Shown in pieces: positions 30,030 to 41,950 of a stretch of DNA of 41,950 nucleotides. This DNA comes from Tubiluchus corallicola (lineage: Eukaryota; Animalia; Priapulida), in assembly GCA_030141605.1 (NCBI GenBank), contig JAQGDQ010001418.1:1-41950 (forward strand), written 5' to 3'. Below the pieces are notes generated by a model. The model was not told the origin of the DNA and did no database searches. It was given only the letters and a program-made list of their open reading frames with translations. Each line of letters starts with the position of its first letter. Positions within the stretch are counted from its first letter, which is position 1. A program made the translations under genes and the position numbers.

Positions 30030-33000
30030 CTAGGAAAATATAAAAGTTCACAATTATACAAGATTGTCATATCATTATGTGTAATACCAAAGAAATTGCT
30101 AAACTGGAAGAGAAAATGCAACGGTACACCTGGAATGTGGATGGTCAGACCTTTGGGTGAAGGTCAGCTTTGCTTTTTCGGCCACTTTTGCTTGCTTAGT
30201 TACCTCTGTTCTGTAAACACTACTAATTCGTCGACAAAATAATACATTGATCTGTTGCGTACGGGTGCGGGCACACATTTAACTAAAGCTGAACCAGTTC
30301 TGTAATTAAAACTGTTGACACCATATACATTACATTACATGTGCATCAGGTTTTGTTAATACAAAAATATGATAAAATTCATGAATTCTGCGCTAGAGAC
30401 CTAAGAAGCTAGCTTATGGTAGGCCACTAGAATTAGTTACGAAAAAAATTACAATATATACAGATACAATATTACAATATATACAGATATATATATACGG
30501 GTGGGAAGTATTAAAAATATTATTATACTAGAGGGGAAGTTTTTGAAAATGAAAAACAACAAATCATGATTGAGTGATCAGTTATGTTTCAAGTAAGTTT
30601 AATTTATATTTTTTTTAAATATGGAAAGCGAGTTGGCATTTTTAATAGCTGTAGCAATTGAATTCCAATGGCCCTTACATATGGAATTCAATTGCTCCAG
30701 CTATTAAAAATGTCAACTCGCTTTCCATATTTAAAAAAATATATATAAATTAAACTTACTTGAAACATATAACTGATGACTCAATCAAGTTGCTATGACT
30801 TCATCTTTTTAGAAGCTGTTAATAAACATCTGACACTCCACGAGTGGCGGCTCGTAGCTAAAATTACCTGGGGCTGCTGCAAAATTAAAAAAATTTTAGC
30901 CACTGTTTTAATACTGTGTAGAGACCAAACAAACGTGTAATTTGCTGTAAAACAAAAATTTGAGTGCTGTAATAATTTGTAATTGTAATTTTAAACAAAC
31001 AAACATACGAGAGTTTATAAATAAACATGATGAAATCTTAAACAAAAAAATATTTTTTCCTTACTAATAGCCCAAATTACGCAGTTCAAGGTCGATCCAT
31101 TCACAGTGCGCACGTGACAACTGGCAACAAACTGTATGAATGACAATACTTTCTCTACCTGGACTCAGACAAGCTCGCACGGCCGCATGCGCACAACAGC
31201 CAAACACTGCGTTGCTGTAGTGTACTGTGCTGGGCTGTGAAGCAAACAGTACTACCCTCACATGCTCCGGTTCCGCACAAGTATAAAGAAAGAACTAAAG
31301 AAAAAAGACTTATTATGTTGAAAATTATCGATAACATTGTGTGAAAATAGGGGGTGCCGTAGTTCCACAGTACCTATACATGAGCCGCCACTGCCCTTAA
31401 ATGTTACTATAACTATAGCATGGGAACTTTTGCAAAAAACAAAAAATTGGCATTTGACCAAATTTTTGGTGCATTTTATGATGAAGCGTCGTAATGTAGT
31501 TCTAACTCTCCCGACTTATGGATGGTTGCGCATACTCAGAAATGATTACGGCAGGGGTGTGCAAATTATCTGACTAGCCGGGCCACATTAAACTTTCCCG
31601 CAATTCCTGCGGGCCACAGACAGTTTGATCAAGGAGCCAAGTACAGAAAGGCCTAATAATGATTTTTTTGCATCCGACCTGCGTACATCATTACTACTAC
31701 ACTCAAGAAACTATTTTAGAAGTTATTAAAATTTATATTACAAACCATGTATTTCTACTTTCAGGACAGATAGTGGTAATTTCATTACAATGCATATTAG
31801 TAATGTGTATCATACAGTCTGTGTAGTACAGTGACATTAAGCTACAACCGTCTTGTAACTGTTAATGGCATCTGATCTAGTAGAAAAAATTACCCGCACT
31901 ATCTTTGGGATCGTGGCACGGACTTCAGCTGGATACACTCAATTAATCGCCCGGGCCGCACTTTCATTAGGTTGACAAATTCTCTCGGCGGGCCGCAATT
32001 TGCACACCCCTGGATTACGGCATTTACAACTTGACAACCGCGTGTCAAACACCTAAAAACAGGATCCCGGGACGAAGACAAGGATTCCGGGAAGAAGACA
32101 AGGATCCCGGGACGAAGACAAGGATCCCGGGACGAAGACAAGACGAGACGACTCACCTTTGACAACGAAAGATCCGGTTGACGCCATGGAGTACAGACTT
32201 CTCGTGTCCAACTGATTAGAGCGAGGAAATAACAGCGGCGGCCGTCCATCGTTCATCTCCGTGCTATTCTGATCTAGACTATGATGACTAAAAATAAACA
32301 ACAAGAAAGAAATTGACAATTAAAAAGAACACATATTAAGAAGCGTAAAATATACCGACTCCGTTCCAAAAACCTTTTTACGTAAGATTTTGATTCTTTT
32401 TTCTCTGCGAGCACCACAAAGTGGCTGAGTTCACTAACACTGATAAAATGAGCAGTCACGCTTTAGATGCTCGAATGTACATTAATATTTTGGTCCCCAA
32501 GCCACAGTTACAAATAGAAGCAGTTAAGTGAACAAATATATCTTGTTGTTTTGAACACTGGTGAGTTATCAGCATTTAAAGGAGACGGGATGATTTTTCG
32601 TACACTACCCCATTTTCAAGTACGATAAAAAGTACATATTTTAACACAATTAATACTGCAAAAGCATTTCTGGCAATTAAATAATAGATTAAAAACTTAG
32701 TTAACGGCGGGCGAGCCCAACTATTGCTGACATCACAAACTAGCATAATTTTCAACATCAAAAATATTCCACGAGCGTGTTCTTTCTTTCTTCACAATGG
32801 GTAAAGACTGTTACGTGGTAGTGGTAGCGTGGTGCACAATATATAGATAGAACAGAAGATTAATTAAGACTAAAGTAAAAGTGTTATTAGTAAGAAGACA
32901 TCTTGAAATAACTACAACCAAGAGTAAACTTGTGGTGCCATCTATAGGCTTCAATTACAAGTTCACTTAACAAAGATTATTGTGAAATAAACTGCAACGG

Positions 33001-36000
33001 TTTATTAATTCTGTTGCTAACAGATGATGTATTCAACAAAATATCATTAATTTGTTAATGAAAATTGCTGGTAAATCATCCACCCACCACCACATTAACT
33101 CTGTACACCACTAATAAGTCTTTTCACAGTTTCGTTCTGCGCACGCCGCACGCTCAGTTGATATAGGTCAAAGATTAAGTGTACACCAGTAACGCACCTT
33201 AACTACAACTGTCATGTGATGAGTGTAAAGCAAAGGCGTCTGCCACATCAGTTCAATAACTTCAGTTGTTTTATGTCAACTTTACGTTAGCTGTGTATAG
33301 AGTGATTTATTAGCAGGATCTCGCTTGGAAACAAGAAAAAACGAATTAAATACGGTTCTAGCTAGCTGTTAAAACTGTTACTGTTACAACAGCATGGGCT
33401 GTGAGGTGTTGTCTGGTACACTTAACCTTTGACCTTTTCATGATAATCATCAATCGCTGGAACTGTGAAAAGGCTTATTACTGGTAATGTTTTTCCTCAT
33501 AACCATAAGTCATTTGCCCACACTGTTTCTCGACACTAGGCGGAGGAGCTGCACAAGCAGCCAACGGCTAGAGGACGGAGGAGGTCAAGTGACACAATGG
33601 CCATGTGTAGAGGAGTAAACCTTTCAAATCAGGAGTGGAGCCCCGAAGGCGGATCAGTGCAGCATGCTCACTGACTCCGGCAGCTCCTGCAGCCAACCTG
33701 GTGCCAAACGTATCGCTCCGCTTTCCTTTGGACTACACCAGGGAGGAGGAGAGGGGGTTCCTGTTGTCTGGGCAACTCAGGATCTCCATACACCTTGCCT
33801 AGGCGTGCGCCCCGGAGAGGCCACTCCAGTGGTTCAAGGATCGTACTGCTCAGCCACAGTCGACGCTGCAGCTCCATCAATGTGGTCAATAACTGACTCT
33901 CTTGGCGCACACTCCATTGTCTTCCGAGACAGAAGGATGCCAACAACAAGTCGTTCGGTCGACCCGACATTTCATAACAAAATTTTATGAAATACGATGA
34001 AATAAGAGTATAATGCCTTATTTAAAAGCAGCCCAATATGGAAACCATGGCAATTGACTTACCTGCATTGTGAAACCTTTTCCAAATAATCGCCGTCCCG
34101 ATGTAACCTGTGCAGACTTAAGCTTTCTAATACATCGGAATCGACATCTTTTGAATGCTGTATCAAGTATGCCTCTAACTTTTTTCTCTCGGTTCTGGAG
34201 TAAAAACAAAATAGAAAACATCTAAGTTAATTATCTACTAACATAATTAAGTACAGTCAGCCTCGGATATAACAGACACCTCGGAACTGGAAAATATACA
34301 ATGTCCCTTACAGACGAAGTAGAGTCAGACCGAGGGTGCATCTAGGGTACATTCAGTGCAAACGGTGTGTAGGAAACTCCTTCAGTGATGCGAGATGTAT
34401 GTGACCGCAGAAACCGAGCTGTTCGAAGGCCGAGTTTGCGAACAATTGAGGTTAAAAATTCATCAATTTCGCTTTGATCATACGGTCCCTTATATGCGAG
34501 GTATAATTTACCTGGGTTTCTATTACGCGGGACCTGAAGATCTCGTCCCTTATAACCGAAAGACTCTAATATCCAAGTACGTTATATACAAAGATTTTTA
34601 CATAAGAAAATGTGACGAAAAATCGGGACCGGTGTTGGTGGTCCCTTATAAGCGAGTACCTTATATGCAAAGATTGTTAACATAAGAAAAACGTTACAAA
34701 AAATCGGGACCGGTGTTGGTGGTCCCTTATAACCGAAAGTCTCTTATATCCGAGTACCTTATATGCAAAGATTTTTACATAAGAAAAACGTTACGATAAA
34801 TCGGGACCGGTGCTGGTGGTCCCTTATAAGCCAATGTCCCTTATAAGCAAGTACCTTATACCCGAGGTTGACTGTAAATATAATGCCGAATTACTTTTAT
34901 TAAATCACTTACATACTTAATTTGAAGTTTATTAATAATGATGGAATACCCACAAAACTTTGTTAAATTTTGAAAACCAAGTATTGCGGCCGTAAGAGAG
35001 GTCATATTGCTAAACACGCGTCGCGCTTTTTTGAACTTTACATGACTCATAAATTCTTTCAGAATTTTTAGAGTGAAATTGTTTATAACAAGGGTAAGAA
35101 AGGTAGAAATACACTAAAACCGGAAATAAATATGCGCAACGATGTAAGCAAAATTCATAATTAAATCTGCAGTAAAAATGGACGCAATTTATGATTTCAT
35201 TACTATTGTACTTTTTTAGAATAATCATCTTACTCTTAGAAGCACAAAATAAGCAAATAAATACATTTCAGTCCATAACACTAAGCAGGGCCTATTTCAG
35301 CCTAAGCGAGGCCAGGGGAAGTGGGGCGTGTGAGGCCCCCCAGAAAATTTTTGAATTGCTAGAACGCCGGAGAAGCATTTTCAAAGAGAAAATATGGAGT
35401 TATACAGTTGTTAAAGGAAAGAACAATAGAAAGAAAAACTGCTTTATTCTCAAGACCAGTCCTTAATACTTGTCAAATAGTCAAATAAAAAACAACATCT
35501 TTGCAATATGTAATTCCGTACTCTCACTTCCGTACAAGCCGGTGTTAGAAATTCCAAAATTGAAAACAGCTGAACATCGGCACCGAGCCGCACAAGGCAA
35601 ACGGTGTGCGTGCGGCAAGAGAGAGAGAGAGAGAGAGGAGGCAGTATGTTCGCATAAAGGAAAAAAGTTACCTCGGCGCGAGGCCCCCGTGGAGGGTGAG
35701 GCCCCGGGGAAGTATCCCCACTTCCCCCCTTGAAATAGGGCCTGACACTAAGACAGGTGCTATAAATGTAAGGGTCTGAAAAAAATTGGACATGTCTAAA
35801 ATGCTCAATTAAGTCTGGATCCGCTAGACAACTATCTGCTTGAATTTTTCTGCCGAAATTAATTAATATAATTAATTTAACATGCGTACAATTGTTGCTG
35901 CAATTCCATAATTATTTCTTCCAGCTGCTGACGCTCGCGTTGCATTTCCCGGTTTTTCTGTTCGATAATGTCAACCAGGTGGCGATTTTGCCGACTTACG

Positions 36001-39000
36001 TCTCTCAGTTGATTGTCACGGACGTGGGTCAGTTCTTCTAAATAACTCTGCAAAAAACAATGATCACATCTGTAAAAACAATGATCACATCTGTAAAAAC
36101 AATGATCACATCTTTAAAAACAATGATCACATCTGTAAAAACAATGATATCATCTGTAAAAACAATGATCACATCTGTAAAAACAATGATCACATCTGTA
36201 AAAACAATGATCTCATCTGTAAAAACAATGATCTCATCTGTAAAAACAATGATCACATCTGTAAAAACAATGATCTCATCTGTAAAAACAATGATCACAT
36301 CTGTAAAAACAATGATCACATCTGAAAAAAAACAATGATCACATCTGTAAAAACAATGATCTCATCTGTAAAAACAATGATCACATCTGTAAAAACAATG
36401 ATCTCATCTGTAAAAACAATGATCACATCTGTAAAAACAATGATCACATCTGTAAAAACAATGATCTCATCTGTAAAAACAATGATCTCATCTGAAAAAA
36501 CAATGATCACATCTGTAAAATCAATGATCTCATCTGTAAAATCAATGATCACATCTGTAAAAACAATGATCACATCTGTAAAAACAATGATCACATCTGA
36601 AAAAAAACAATGATCACATCTGTAAAAACAATGATCTCATCTGTAAAAACAATGATCACATCTGTAAAAACAATGATCACATCTGTAAAAACAATGATCT
36701 CATCTGTAAAAACAATGATCACATCTGTAAAAACAATGATCACATCTGAAAAAAAACAATGATCACATCTGTAAAAACAATGATCACATCTGTAAAAACA
36801 ATGATCACATCTGTAAAATCAATGATCACATCTGTAAAAACAATGATCACATCTGTAAAAACAATGATCTCATCTGTAAAAACAATGATCACATCTGTAA
36901 AAACAATGATCACATCTGAAAAAAAACAATGATCACATCTGTAAAAACAATGATCACATCTGTAAAAACAATGATCACATCTGTAAAATCAATGATCACA
37001 TCTGTAAAATCAATGATCACATCTGTAAAATCGATGATCACATCTGTAAAATCAATGATCACATCTGTAAAATCAATGATCTCCCATGTTCGTTTGTAGT
37101 TTTGCATATTTTATTGTTAAATGTAAATTTACGAAGAAAAATAAATTACTAATCTAATCTAATCTCGTAATTATCTCTAATATCTTGCATAAAGTACCTA
37201 TCACCGACTAAAACTGCCTGTGCATGTAAAGCACGATGCGTGATCCGCAATGCATGAGGCATATTGATTATTTCCACGTGTCAGTAAATGCCATGCGTAT
37301 TAACAAAGTCCAATGAGCTCCAATGAGGTTATTGTTCACGAAAGAAAGAAATCAGTAATTTTTGGAAGTCAGGTCTCTGTCGAAATAGTCACATTGGCAG
37401 TACTGGTTTATCTTTGTACTATTAAACGGAAAAACTCAAAAGAAAACACAGGTGCATATGTGCATAACATTTTGCCGGAGAAAGAGAACAGTATGACATG
37501 TAATACTTTTTTTGACCAAGTTGTTAAATCCACAAAAATTCCTTAAATCCTTAGGGCCTCAAATATTACAGGAATTCAACAGCAATCTATGGCATATGTG
37601 TATGAAACTAGGGTCGCAAAGAGAGCGCAACTTATCATGAAAGATGAATTCTATCCAGGTAATAAATATTTTGAAATGCTGCTCCCCTTTGGTCGTAGAT
37701 TCCACTCAATTAACGCTAAAACCACAAGAACTTTGAATTCTTTCTGTCCCGTTGCACTTCGAACCATCAACAGTAAATTTCAGTAAATCTCCAATATTAA
37801 TTCTCTATGTCACTGTACAACTGATTGAATTATTTGTGTAAATCTCCTTGTTGTTTCCATCAGTTATTGCAGTACGTAAAACCATATATTTCATTGTATG
37901 TATTATGCTATAGTGTTCCCTCATTTATCGTGGGTGTTCCGTTCCAGGCCTAACCGCGATAAGTGAATTTCCGCGAAGTAGGTATGCTATACTTATTTTA
38001 GTAGTTATACATTATTTTAAGTCTTTATAAACCATCCCCACACTCTTAACCCTTTCCCATAATAACTTTTCCCGTACCTTTTGAAAAACCTTTCTTAAAT
38101 GTTCATAAAAATGTTTTAAACTCTTAAACCTAGATACGTAATTTTGACGGAGTGCCGCAAAAACCCGCGAAACAGCGAAAATACCCTGATAAATATTTTA
38201 CATTAATATTTTTGAAAACCCGCGAAACAGCGAGTCCGCGATAAACAAACCGCGAAGTAGCAAGGTAACACTGTAATGACAATAAACTGCTTGTTTTCTT
38301 ACTTACCTGCCTGCCTGCCAGCTTGCCTGCCTACCTGGCTGCCTGTCTACCTACCTTCCTTCTCACTCACTCACTCATTCTCTCACTCACTCACTCACTC
38401 ACTCACTCACTCACTCACTCACTCACTCTCACTCATTCACTCACTTACTTAGTTTCTTACTCAATTTGCTTGCTTCTAACTCACCTTTTGCTTGCACACA
38501 GTGTGGTATTTCTCCAACAGTTTCTCGTATCTCGCCCTCCACGTTTCATCGGTGTCATCATCAACATGCGACAAGCTGAAACCGCTGCTGGAGCGGCTAC
38601 AGCCGTGGAATGCGTCGTGTTCCAGCATATCACTGAGCTGCCCTTCTGGACTGCGACAAACAGAAATGATAATAAGATTATGAATTCAGAAAGCATTTAC
38701 AATAAGGGAGCTCTTCTGAAAATTGCATTTACACAGAATTAAAATCAATGCTGATTTATTTCATTCATTTACAGTTATAGTTCTTAAAGCGGGAAAAGAA
38801 GGCAATGTTAAACGATGACACAGAAAACTCTATATACAAAGTTATATTATTTGGCTTTGTGCTTAGCAGAAATTCAACAGCATATATGTCAAATCGGTTG
38901 GCATGATTTCTGACTAGGTGAATTGAAAGTTTTAATAAAGTTTTGTTACGGTTATACCTTGTACCTGTTCGTTATGTGGCACTTACATAAAAGTTGGTCT

Positions 39001-41256
39001 CCGTAACTGCCTGTGGTGTGTTATAAAATGCGTGCTTTACATGAATATAAAAGTATATACGGTTTTATAAAGTCTTTATTCATTCAAAGGGGGCCACAGA
39101 AATTGGCAAATGAATTGTAGTATGAAAATAAACTGAAAAACAGATATCTTTTGTACTGTGATAAGTCAGAAACCTAAAACTGTTTATGCATAAATAACCA
39201 TTAACATAGCTCAAGTGGTAGAGTGTGCAAACTGTAATCTCAAAGTTCTAGGTTCAAATCTTGGGGGTTCACACTTTTTCTGTCCTTTCTTCCTTCCATT
39301 AGCTATTGGGTATATTGGGTCTTCCTTCCATTAGCTAGACCCAACAGCTAATGGAAGGAAGAAAGGACAGAAAAAGTGTGAGCCCCCCAAGATTTGAACC
39401 TAGAACTTTGAGATTATAGTTTGCACACTCTACCATTTGAGCTATTGGTCCAACATAGCAATGAATAAGAGTATGTCTAGACAATTAGGATAAAAGAATG
39501 TGTGGAAGTTGGAATTGTACATTGTAATTAGGTGCTGCCATCTGTGGGCCAATCCTGTTACATTCTACCAGCTGACTTACCCCCTGTATAATTGTATGGT
39601 CCAGTGAATATCCCTATTTTAAAGTAATGGTTGTTGTGAAGCCTGCGCAAGTCTGCATAGGTCACCTATACCTATATATATACTGAGTGGTTTTGCTTTC
39701 TAGTCACTCTCACTCTCAGTGTTCAATGCAGCACCCATGCTACTCATGTGTCTTTAGTTTAATAAACACTTTTCTGTTATGTGCAGTGCAAATATGTATT
39801 ATAGATTTTTCATTCTTGTTCTACAAGTGAGTGATCTACAACTTCAAACATGACTTTCACAGTATGTTTGCAATCTTATCCTAGTAACACACAACCAACT
39901 AGAGCCACTTATACTCATTCAACAGCAGGTTAAATTAACTAGTCGATTAATTAATGCTTTAAAAAAAACTCGAGATTAACGACTCTCACATTCGTGATTG
40001 AAAAGCGATTTCTTCGAGCCACTCACCTAGTGAGAAAAGTTAAATAAGGAGAATAGTCAATGGCCAGCATTTGACCAGCACCGAGTTCGATCAGCTCCTT
40101 TTCCTTCAAGCAAAAACTGCAAAAAATCAATATTAAACAAATAAGCACGTGAAATACGTTGATTATGTCAACAATTACGTAACAGTACAACTAAATCAAT
40201 AGCTAGTCTTCCAATTTTTTACCTCAAAAAGACGTGAGATTGAGTCAAATGATTTGGAAATCTTCTATACTAGCAAAGTAAAAATTAGAAAATGCAAATG
40301 ACGATAAAACAAAGAAAAACTTGCTGTACAATGGAATCTTGTGCAATCTAAAGGGCGTTTGTAATCTAAAATGCAACGCCCTCAAACTTTGGCACCGTAG
40401 GCCTAGTTAGTCTATTGGTTAGTATGTCCTTCATAACACAAGGTATCAAACTACATGTCTTAATCCTAACAGTGTTGGAGTAATTAGTTATGTTTTGGAT
40501 ATAAGCACGTGGTGCCTCCTGGTGTTTGTTTTTCCTAGTTTAGACAGGTTAGCTAGGACAGGAAATAGGCCATTGGCCTCATTTTACAGTTAGGATATGA
40601 AAGAAGTGAGTCACCGGTATGCGGCAAAGATGTAAGTTTCATTTCTTCACATTTCGTCATGTCTTGTTATTATTAATTATCATTATACCAGTTACTTACT
40701 GTTTTGAAGTTGGTTTAGCAGAAATAATTTTTATTTTTTCTTCAGATAAAACGAAGTCGAACGCATGTCGCGTACAAGCTATGATCCATACTGCCAGGTT
40801 AAACAATGTCAAATGTATGAAAAAATATGGGTATGGAAAATTCATTTGAATGCTGTCATCCCATAATACAGCCTCCCTTCCTACACCCCCCCCCCCATAA
40901 GATGCACCGCACACCTCGCTAGCTATGATCCTGTACTGCCACATCTATGTATATTGAGCATGCTCTGGCGTTTGGTGTCCAATTTCAGCTTAAAGAATCC
41001 CACATGTGTAAAAAAATGGCTATGGAAAAAATCATTTAGATGACATCATCCCATGTCTACACCCGCCAAACATTGCAACTCACACTTCAATGGCATAATG
41101 TTCATTACAGAATTTCCGTGTATCAGATGGCTATATCTACCTGTTACGACTAAATAATTCGGTTACCTAAAATCAATAGCATTCAGGCTGAGAAAAGTAC
41201 CGGCTAATAATGCGGCATCTTCGCTGAGCATTATGGAGCCATCATCGTAGAAGTTC
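29509..41256 (-). CDS. RUNDC3: RUN domain-containing protein 3 (RUNDC3A/B-like, Rap2-interacting protein family), 5'-partial; complement(join(29509..30029,32157..32278,34063..34194,35890..36047,38485..38650,40027..40116,41167..41256))
   Basis: The spliced product [34 protein letters not shown]...IDYSPYL...KYHTVCKQKSYLEEL...QLEEIIMELQQQLT...LTGSLTSV matches recalled RUNDC3 motifs ([59 protein letters not shown]). Phases are consistent. Confidence 0.9.
30567..30787. repeat. Imperfect inverted repeat, arms about 100 bp, 14-bp spacer
   Basis: 30567-30667 versus 30682-30787. Confidence 0.9.
30842..31393 (+). mobile_element. hAT-type MITE (11699 family), single internal unit
   Basis: agtggcggctcgt ... 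atgagccgccactg; TSD not evident. Confidence 0.7.
31552..32012 (+). mobile_element. hAT-type MITE
   Basis: TIR caggggtgtgcaaatt / aatttgcacacccctg; perfect 8-bp TSD GATTACGG. Confidence 0.92.
32061..32142. repeat. 20-bp tandem repeat, 4 copies
   Basis: Unit aggatcccgggacgaagaca. Confidence 0.95.
32157..32278 (-). CDS. RUNDC3: RUNDC3 exon (LDQNSTEM...SFVVKG)
   Basis: Acceptor catcatag|T chosen for phase (the nearby tctag would break frame); donor AAAG|gtgagt. Confidence 0.75.
33113..33479 (+). mobile_element. TIR MITE (24221 family)
   Basis: aataagtcttttcacagtt ... aactgtgaaaaggcttatt; internal homology to the first copy. Confidence 0.7.
33525..33870 (+). mobile_element. GC-rich fragment resembling an RTE-clade LINE 5' UTR
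   Basis: Recalled similarity (ccggcagctcctgc..ggtgccaaacgtatcgctc..cctttggactaca); not verified. Confidence 0.35.
34063..34194 (-). CDS. RUNDC3: RUNDC3 exon (TERKKLEAYLIQHSKD...VSQCS)
   Basis: tttttactccag|A ... AG|gtaagt; phase 2-2. Confidence 0.8.
34254..34874 (+). mobile_element. Tigger/pogo MITE (22737 family) with internal duplications near the right end
   Basis: TA|cagtcagcctcg ... cgaggttgactg|TA. Confidence 0.85.
35286..35744 (+). mobile_element. hAT-type MITE (26370 family)
   Basis: Perfect 8-bp TSD ACACTAAG; cagggcctatttca TIR. Confidence 0.9.
35890..36047 (-). CDS. RUNDC3: RUNDC3 exon: coiled coil (SYLEELTHVRDNQL...LQQQL)
   Basis: ttgttttttgcag|AGT ... TT|gtacgc. Confidence 0.88.
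36048..37084. repeat. 21-bp minisatellite, about 49 copies, abutting a RUNDC3 exon
   Basis: Unit ctgtaaaaacaatgatcacat. Confidence 0.97.
37549..38290 (+). mobile_element. Rex/Babar-like LINE 3' remnant, interrupted by a MITE
   Basis: ASNITG..YETRVAKRA..D..YP..F..LPFGRRFHSI..KTTR..NSFCP.A...N resembles the Rex1/Babar RT C-terminus; gacaataaa at about 38278. Confidence 0.7.
37911..38273. mobile_element. Tigger/pogo-like MITE nested in the LINE 3' UTR
   Basis: TA|tagtgttccctc ... aaggtaacactg|TA with subterminal cgcga motifs. Confidence 0.7.
38299..38460. repeat. (CCTG)n / (CACT)n tetranucleotide tract
   Basis: Direct observation. Confidence 0.9.
38485..38650 (-). CDS. RUNDC3: RUNDC3 exon (PEGQLSD...WRARYEKLLEKYHTVCKQK)
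   Basis: gtcgcag|T ... AAG|gtgagt; the frame differs from the ORF-track call. Confidence 0.85.
39206..39445. repeat. Inverted pair of tRNA-like (SINE-head or pseudo-tRNA) sequences
   Basis: Arms 39206-39311 and 39339-39445; A box tagctcaagtggtagag, loop ctgtaat, B box ggttcaaatc; no acceptor stem. Confidence 0.85.
39501..39861 (+). mobile_element. Solo LTR
   Basis: TGT...ACA; TSD GAATG / GTATG (4 of 5 match); same family as the 17998 copy. Confidence 0.82.
40027..40116 (-). CDS. RUNDC3: RUNDC3 exon (FCLKEKEL...IDYSPYLTFLT)
   Basis: ttttttgcag|T ... AG|gtgagt. Confidence 0.9.
41167..41256 (-). CDS. RUNDC3: RUNDC3 exon: end of RUN domain
   Basis: ttttttag|G ... AG|gtaacc; [30 protein letters not shown]. 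Confidence 0.9.
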
Positions 41257-41950
41257 CTAAAAAACACATAAAATAACTATGTAATAATTATGTAAACTTA
41301 TGGCAACAATATGTATACAAGTAGCTAAACAATCTGTGCTTCGTTGTTATGGTTGTAAATAAATAAATATATTTATATAAAAAACGACAAAATGATACCG
41401 ACATTGCACACAGAAGACTTCAATACTTGTGTGAAGAGAACAGGCGAGCTTGAGTTAGAAAGAAGCCAAGTGCAAAAAAGCCAGCGGGCTGCAAAGTTAA
41501 GAATCACTAAGCCCGGCTAGTAAATAGATGATTGGATGCTGGAAATGCCATACTGCCACCGACATTTCTCGTACTGAGAAGTGTTACACGCGCATCCAAA
41601 CAACATAAGACATGTTGACTGATTCTATGTTTATTACGGATTCGGAAAAATATTTTAAATGTTAACAAAAGCTCCAGTACTGCCACATGAATAATCTAAC
41701 AAAAGTAGGTCCTATCCTCTGTCGTTGAATGCTCTGAATTGAAGCTACCAAAGTGCTAAAACAGATAAAAAAGTTTGGTCGAATTTTTGATTTTCAACGT
41801 CAACATTCTTTATGTTTTAATAGGAAACAAACGTGCACACCGAAATTCGACTCTCAAGTTCCTCCCGATGACTCCAAAAACTTGTATTTGTATTTGTTTT
41901 TTGTCTTCCTTACTCCTTTCATAATATATTCCTTGCAAAATATTATAACT

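Noticed and set aside
32809-33022. Possible fourth solo LTR (tgtta...taaca, AATAAA, CTCF-like motif)
   Set aside because: No matching TSD and no second copy in the window.
33664-33990. Two GC-rich 100-aa ORFs as possible exons
   Set aside because: No convincing splice sites, the RUNDC3 model is in phase without them, and the sequence resembles a retroelement UTR.
34018-38696. ORF-track translations 34018..34221 and 38481..38696
   Set aside because: They overlap true RUNDC3 exons but in the wrong reading frame.
39206-39280. Functional tRNA-Tyr gene
   Set aside because: No pairing acceptor stem and weak anticodon and T stems; treated as a pseudo-tRNA or SINE head.

Overview
AT-rich, repeat-dense animal genomic DNA, probably invertebrate (species not identifiable). 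It holds the 3' parts of two convergent multi-exon genes that I spliced by hand using GT-AG sites with consistent phases. (1) On +, a divergent TIF1-family (TRIM24/28/33, bonus-like) gene: 9 exons at 1907-20884, 834 aa in window, encoding the end of the coiled coil, a linker with a 37-aa tandem repeat, a PHD finger and a bromodomain lacking the canonical acetyl-lysine-binding Tyr/Asn. (2) On -, a RUNDC3-like gene: 7 exons at 41256-29509. Both 5' ends lie outside the window. Introns and the intergenic gap contain piggyBac-, hAT- and Tigger/pogo-type MITEs with clear TSDs, three solo LTRs with 5-bp TSDs, LINE 3' remnants, tRNA-derived SINE heads and many mini/microsatellites. The most unusual observations are: about 49 tandem copies of a RUNDC3 3' splice site, with donor decoys at the other end of the same intron; a perfect 133-bp inverted repeat just after the TIF1-like stop codon; four unrelated fold-back inverted duplications; and the degenerate PHD-bromo reader. 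Family assignments come from recalled motifs, not database searches.
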